A stretch of DNA of 63,579 nucleotides, filler included, from Basidiobolus ranarum (lineage: Eukaryota), in NCBI GenBank assembly GCA_040143965.1. It is 39 parts of 39 records of this genome, joined end to end, with 100 filler letters (N's around TTAATTAATTAA, not from the genome) between each part and the next. Parts side by side here need not be neighbours in the genome. Positions count along the whole stretch, not along the records: positions 60,426 to 61,952 come from JASJQH010011797.1; positions 62,053 to 63,579 come from JASJQH010011798.1; 37 more parts are not named here. The stretch is one strand, 5' to 3'. The notes under the pieces were generated by a model that saw only the letters and a list, made by a program, of their open reading frames with translations, was not told the origin of the DNA and did no database searches. The number at the start of each line of letters is the position of its first letter. The stretch's first letter is position 1. Position numbers and translations under genes: made by a program. Shown here in pieces: positions 61,345-63,579 of the stretch.

Positions 61345-61952
61345 TGTTATGATCTAAGCATGTCCAATAGTCCTATTTATAGTAAACTAAAAATAGGACA
61401 TATTCAATTCAATAAAACTTAAGTGTCTAATACACAAATCCAATTTTGTCCAAAACACTTCCAAATCCCCTAAATGCTTTTATCAGGTTATGAGCCCCGT
61501 ATAGTGTTAAATCCGGAAATCCTGCTTGAGTGAGAATGTTGAAAGTCTGGTGACTTGTGGTACAAGCAGTAATTCCCAAAGAGGAAAATATGGAGTATGG
61601 TGACTGCATCTGAACACAAAGTCCAAGGCCAATCAGTTGCTTGTATAGCTGAAATGCCAAAGTACTATACATTGACAGACTAGGTTAAGGTTCCCTAGCA
61701 ATATAGGTGTAGCATACAAGGACTGGTAGCTCTGTGGTTAGAGCACCTTGCTAGAGTGAAGGAGGTCCCAGGTTCAAATCCTGGCCAGACCAATATTTCT
61801 CCCTAAATAATTTCAACAGGTTATGAGCCCCAGTTAGTGCTAAATCCAGAAATCCTGCTTGAGGGGGAATGTTGAAAGTCTGGTAGCTGGTGTTACAAGT
61901 AGTAATTCCCAAAGAGGAAAATATAGAGTATGGTGACTGCATCTGTACATAA
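61345..61952 (+). mobile_element. Tandem TRIM: heterologous LTR 61345-61485, PBS/PPT 61486-61536, LTR 61537-61818, PBS/PPT 61819-61869, LTR 61870 to gap
   Basis: Two GGTTATGAGCCC PBS directly after CA ends; two PPTs (GAGTGAGAA, GAGGGGGAA) directly before TGTTGAAAG; 333-bp period; no coding capacity. Confidence 0.92.
61720..61792 (+). tRNA. tRNA-like sequence inside the TRIM LTR
   Basis: 73-nt cloverleaf; D stem GCTC/GAGC, T stem CCAGG/CCTGG, B box GGTTCAAATCC; three differences from the copy at 55598. Confidence 0.85.
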
Positions 61953-62052
61953 NNNNNNNNNNNNNNNNNNNNNNNNNNNNNNNNNNNNNNNNNNNNTTAA
62001 TTAATTAANNNNNNNNNNNNNNNNNNNNNNNNNNNNNNNNNNNNNNNNNNNN

Positions 62053-62247
62053 CAGGAAAGCTACGTTCATAAAGAATCATGCACAACTATTTTGCAAGAT
62101 CTTGAAATTTCACTCCTGAAACTGAAAAAATTGATTAAAATCAAATCTAACTTGACGATTTTATGACGGTAAATAAACAGTCAACCCCAAATGGATTAAA
62201 ATTGTGATGGTTTTTGTACAATAACAATCTTCAAATTTCTGTTAGGG
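62053..62247 (-). mobile_element. Candidate CACTA left terminus (CCCTAACAGAAAT) inserted into another transposase copy
   Basis: Sharp junction at 62247 into the transposase N-terminal sequence; same segment at 53155. Confidence 0.6.
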
Positions 62248-63500
62248 TTATATGACCAGAATGATAAAGGCAGAAATGCAACTTTGATTGAACCAGTACA
62301 TCCAGACAATTTTGAGGACTTGCTGCTTGATGTTGACCTTGGTTATTCCAGAACCAATGGTAGTATATCAGAAGTTGAACAAGAAAATGCAGTTTTATTA
62401 TGGACTCTTCATTATTGGCAAACATTAGTCCACTCATTACACTTATTGTGAAGTAAGTGGCTTGGATTATTGAAGAGTGGAGAATTCAATCCAATCTTGG
62501 AAACCAGATTTTTATGGGTTTTCTTACACTTTTACCACAGTCAATTGGCAACTGTTACTTGCAACAGACCTGGTACAAGGGCAAAACATCTGTCAATTGA
62601 ACAACTTATTATCCTTCAGTATTAAACTATCTTCATGTCTAAATGGTTGTTTGGCTTTCACCAGTGATCTGAAAAGCCTGAAGTCATGTACTGTTTGCAC
62701 CCAATATTTGGCTTACATTGCTGGCCAATAATTTTAGTCAACTTAAATCTTCCTCCTTCTAAATGGTATAAGAGTCTTATTATTTTGATACTATTCATCA
62801 TATCTGGACCTGAATCACCAGTGCTTATATACAGCTTCTTGAAGCCTTTGATTGTGGAATTTGAATAGTTATCTAATGTGGTTCAGATTGGTCAATATTT
62901 TATTGAAGCTAATATCATTGTATGTGTTAGTGACACTCCTGCCATCATTAACTTGGAGGTTTTTGTGGACACAATGCACTATCTTGCTGTAGATTTTGTC
63001 AAATTAATGAAGTTTTCTCTGACAGGCATATGCATTACTACTATCCAAATACAAAACTCAACTCCATGTTTTACCATCAAGAGCCTGGTCAGATTTCAAC
63101 AAGATCACTGATATCAATTCACCAAATAGTTAATCTAACTTCAATCTTGGTATTAGCCTTAAGCATAAGATTATATTTCTAAAGGGGATCAGCTGTAGCC
63201 AGAGCTTCTAATTAGGCACTATGCACTTACCATTCAACAACATTCCAATTCCACTTACTCAGCTATATGGTGAAGATTTAGTATGAATGAGTTATTCAAG
63301 ATATGATTAAAGTTTGAATTGATCGGGAAGATGCTTAAAAAAGTCAAGATACCAACAGAATTTACCATAACTCCTATCAATATTCACTCATCTTGGTGTT
63401 TATTCAAATGCAAAGACTGGAGTTATTGGATTTATTTATATTCAAGTGGAATCTTTAAAAGATTTATTCCTGATGCATATTGGCAAAATCGGAAGTTAAT
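62248..63500 (+). mobile_element. Degenerate CACTA transposase with internal deletions
   Basis: WPIILVNLNLPP, SGPESP, DTPA, FKCKDW. Confidence 0.9.
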
Positions 63501-63519
63501 AATTGTGTACCTTTTTGAG

Positions 63520-63579
63520 TTGGTTCATGAATAGGCCTATATTAGCCCAATTGCCATTTACTTGCAAAAACCCAGGATA
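63520..63579 (-). pseudogene. ORF2 C-terminal fragment, convergent with the transposase
   Basis: Matches about 46093-46152 (NPG..QANGNWA.IGLFM). Confidence 0.8.

Larger units (their letters stand above)
1542..62052. other. 38 artificial contig spacers (N-run + TTAATTAATTAA + N-run, about 100 bp each)
   Basis: Identical linker about every 1.63 kb; contig lengths fall steadily from 1541 to 1527 bp; the linker gives stops in all six frames. Confidence 0.98.

Noticed and set aside
61547-61590. Possible hammerhead ribozyme (CTGGTGA plus hairpin) in the TRIM LTR, as in retrozymes
   Set aside because: No GAAA after the stem, and the motif is not conserved in the next LTR copy (about 61880)
61427-61942. 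Two similar minus-strand ORFs (MQSPYSIFSSLG..) in the TRIM
   Set aside because: Antisense read-through of the repeated LTR/PBS unit; they cross element boundaries and resemble no known protein

Overview
This window is not a contiguous locus. It is 39 short contigs (about 1541 down to 1527 bp, sorted by length) joined by 100-bp N spacers that carry a TTAATTAATTAA all-frame-stop linker, so adjacency across gaps means nothing. The DNA is eukaryotic and probably fungal, with mostly 61-66 bp GT-AG introns and fungal-type proteins. About three quarters of the contigs are decayed, nested transposon debris: several Ty1/Copia families, a chromodomain Ty3/Gypsy family, a high-copy CACTA/En-Spm (CMC) DNA transposon with candidate CCCTAACA termini and unknown accessory ORFs, a collapsed Helitron and a piggyBac-like C-terminus. 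Copia, Gypsy and CACTA copies show reciprocal CG>TG/CA decay (methyl-CpG deamination rather than RIP), while gene contigs keep their CpGs. Host genes are a divergent RPS27, an AP-1 beta adaptin 3' half, a Zn alcohol dehydrogenase 5' part, a probable MICOS Mic12 and a bacterial-type solute-binding protein fragment. The standout is at 61345-61952, with a second copy at 55545-55696: a tandem, non-coding mini LTR retrotransposon (TRIM). It has a 282-bp LTR and a 51-bp internal region that is little more than PBS plus PPT. The LTR contains a full 73-nt tRNA-like cloverleaf with Pol III A/B boxes, and the whole 333-bp unit has no T4 terminator, making it a tRNA analogue of 5S-bearing Cassandra that probably borrows Copia machinery. 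All family calls come from motif recognition by eye; no database searches were run.
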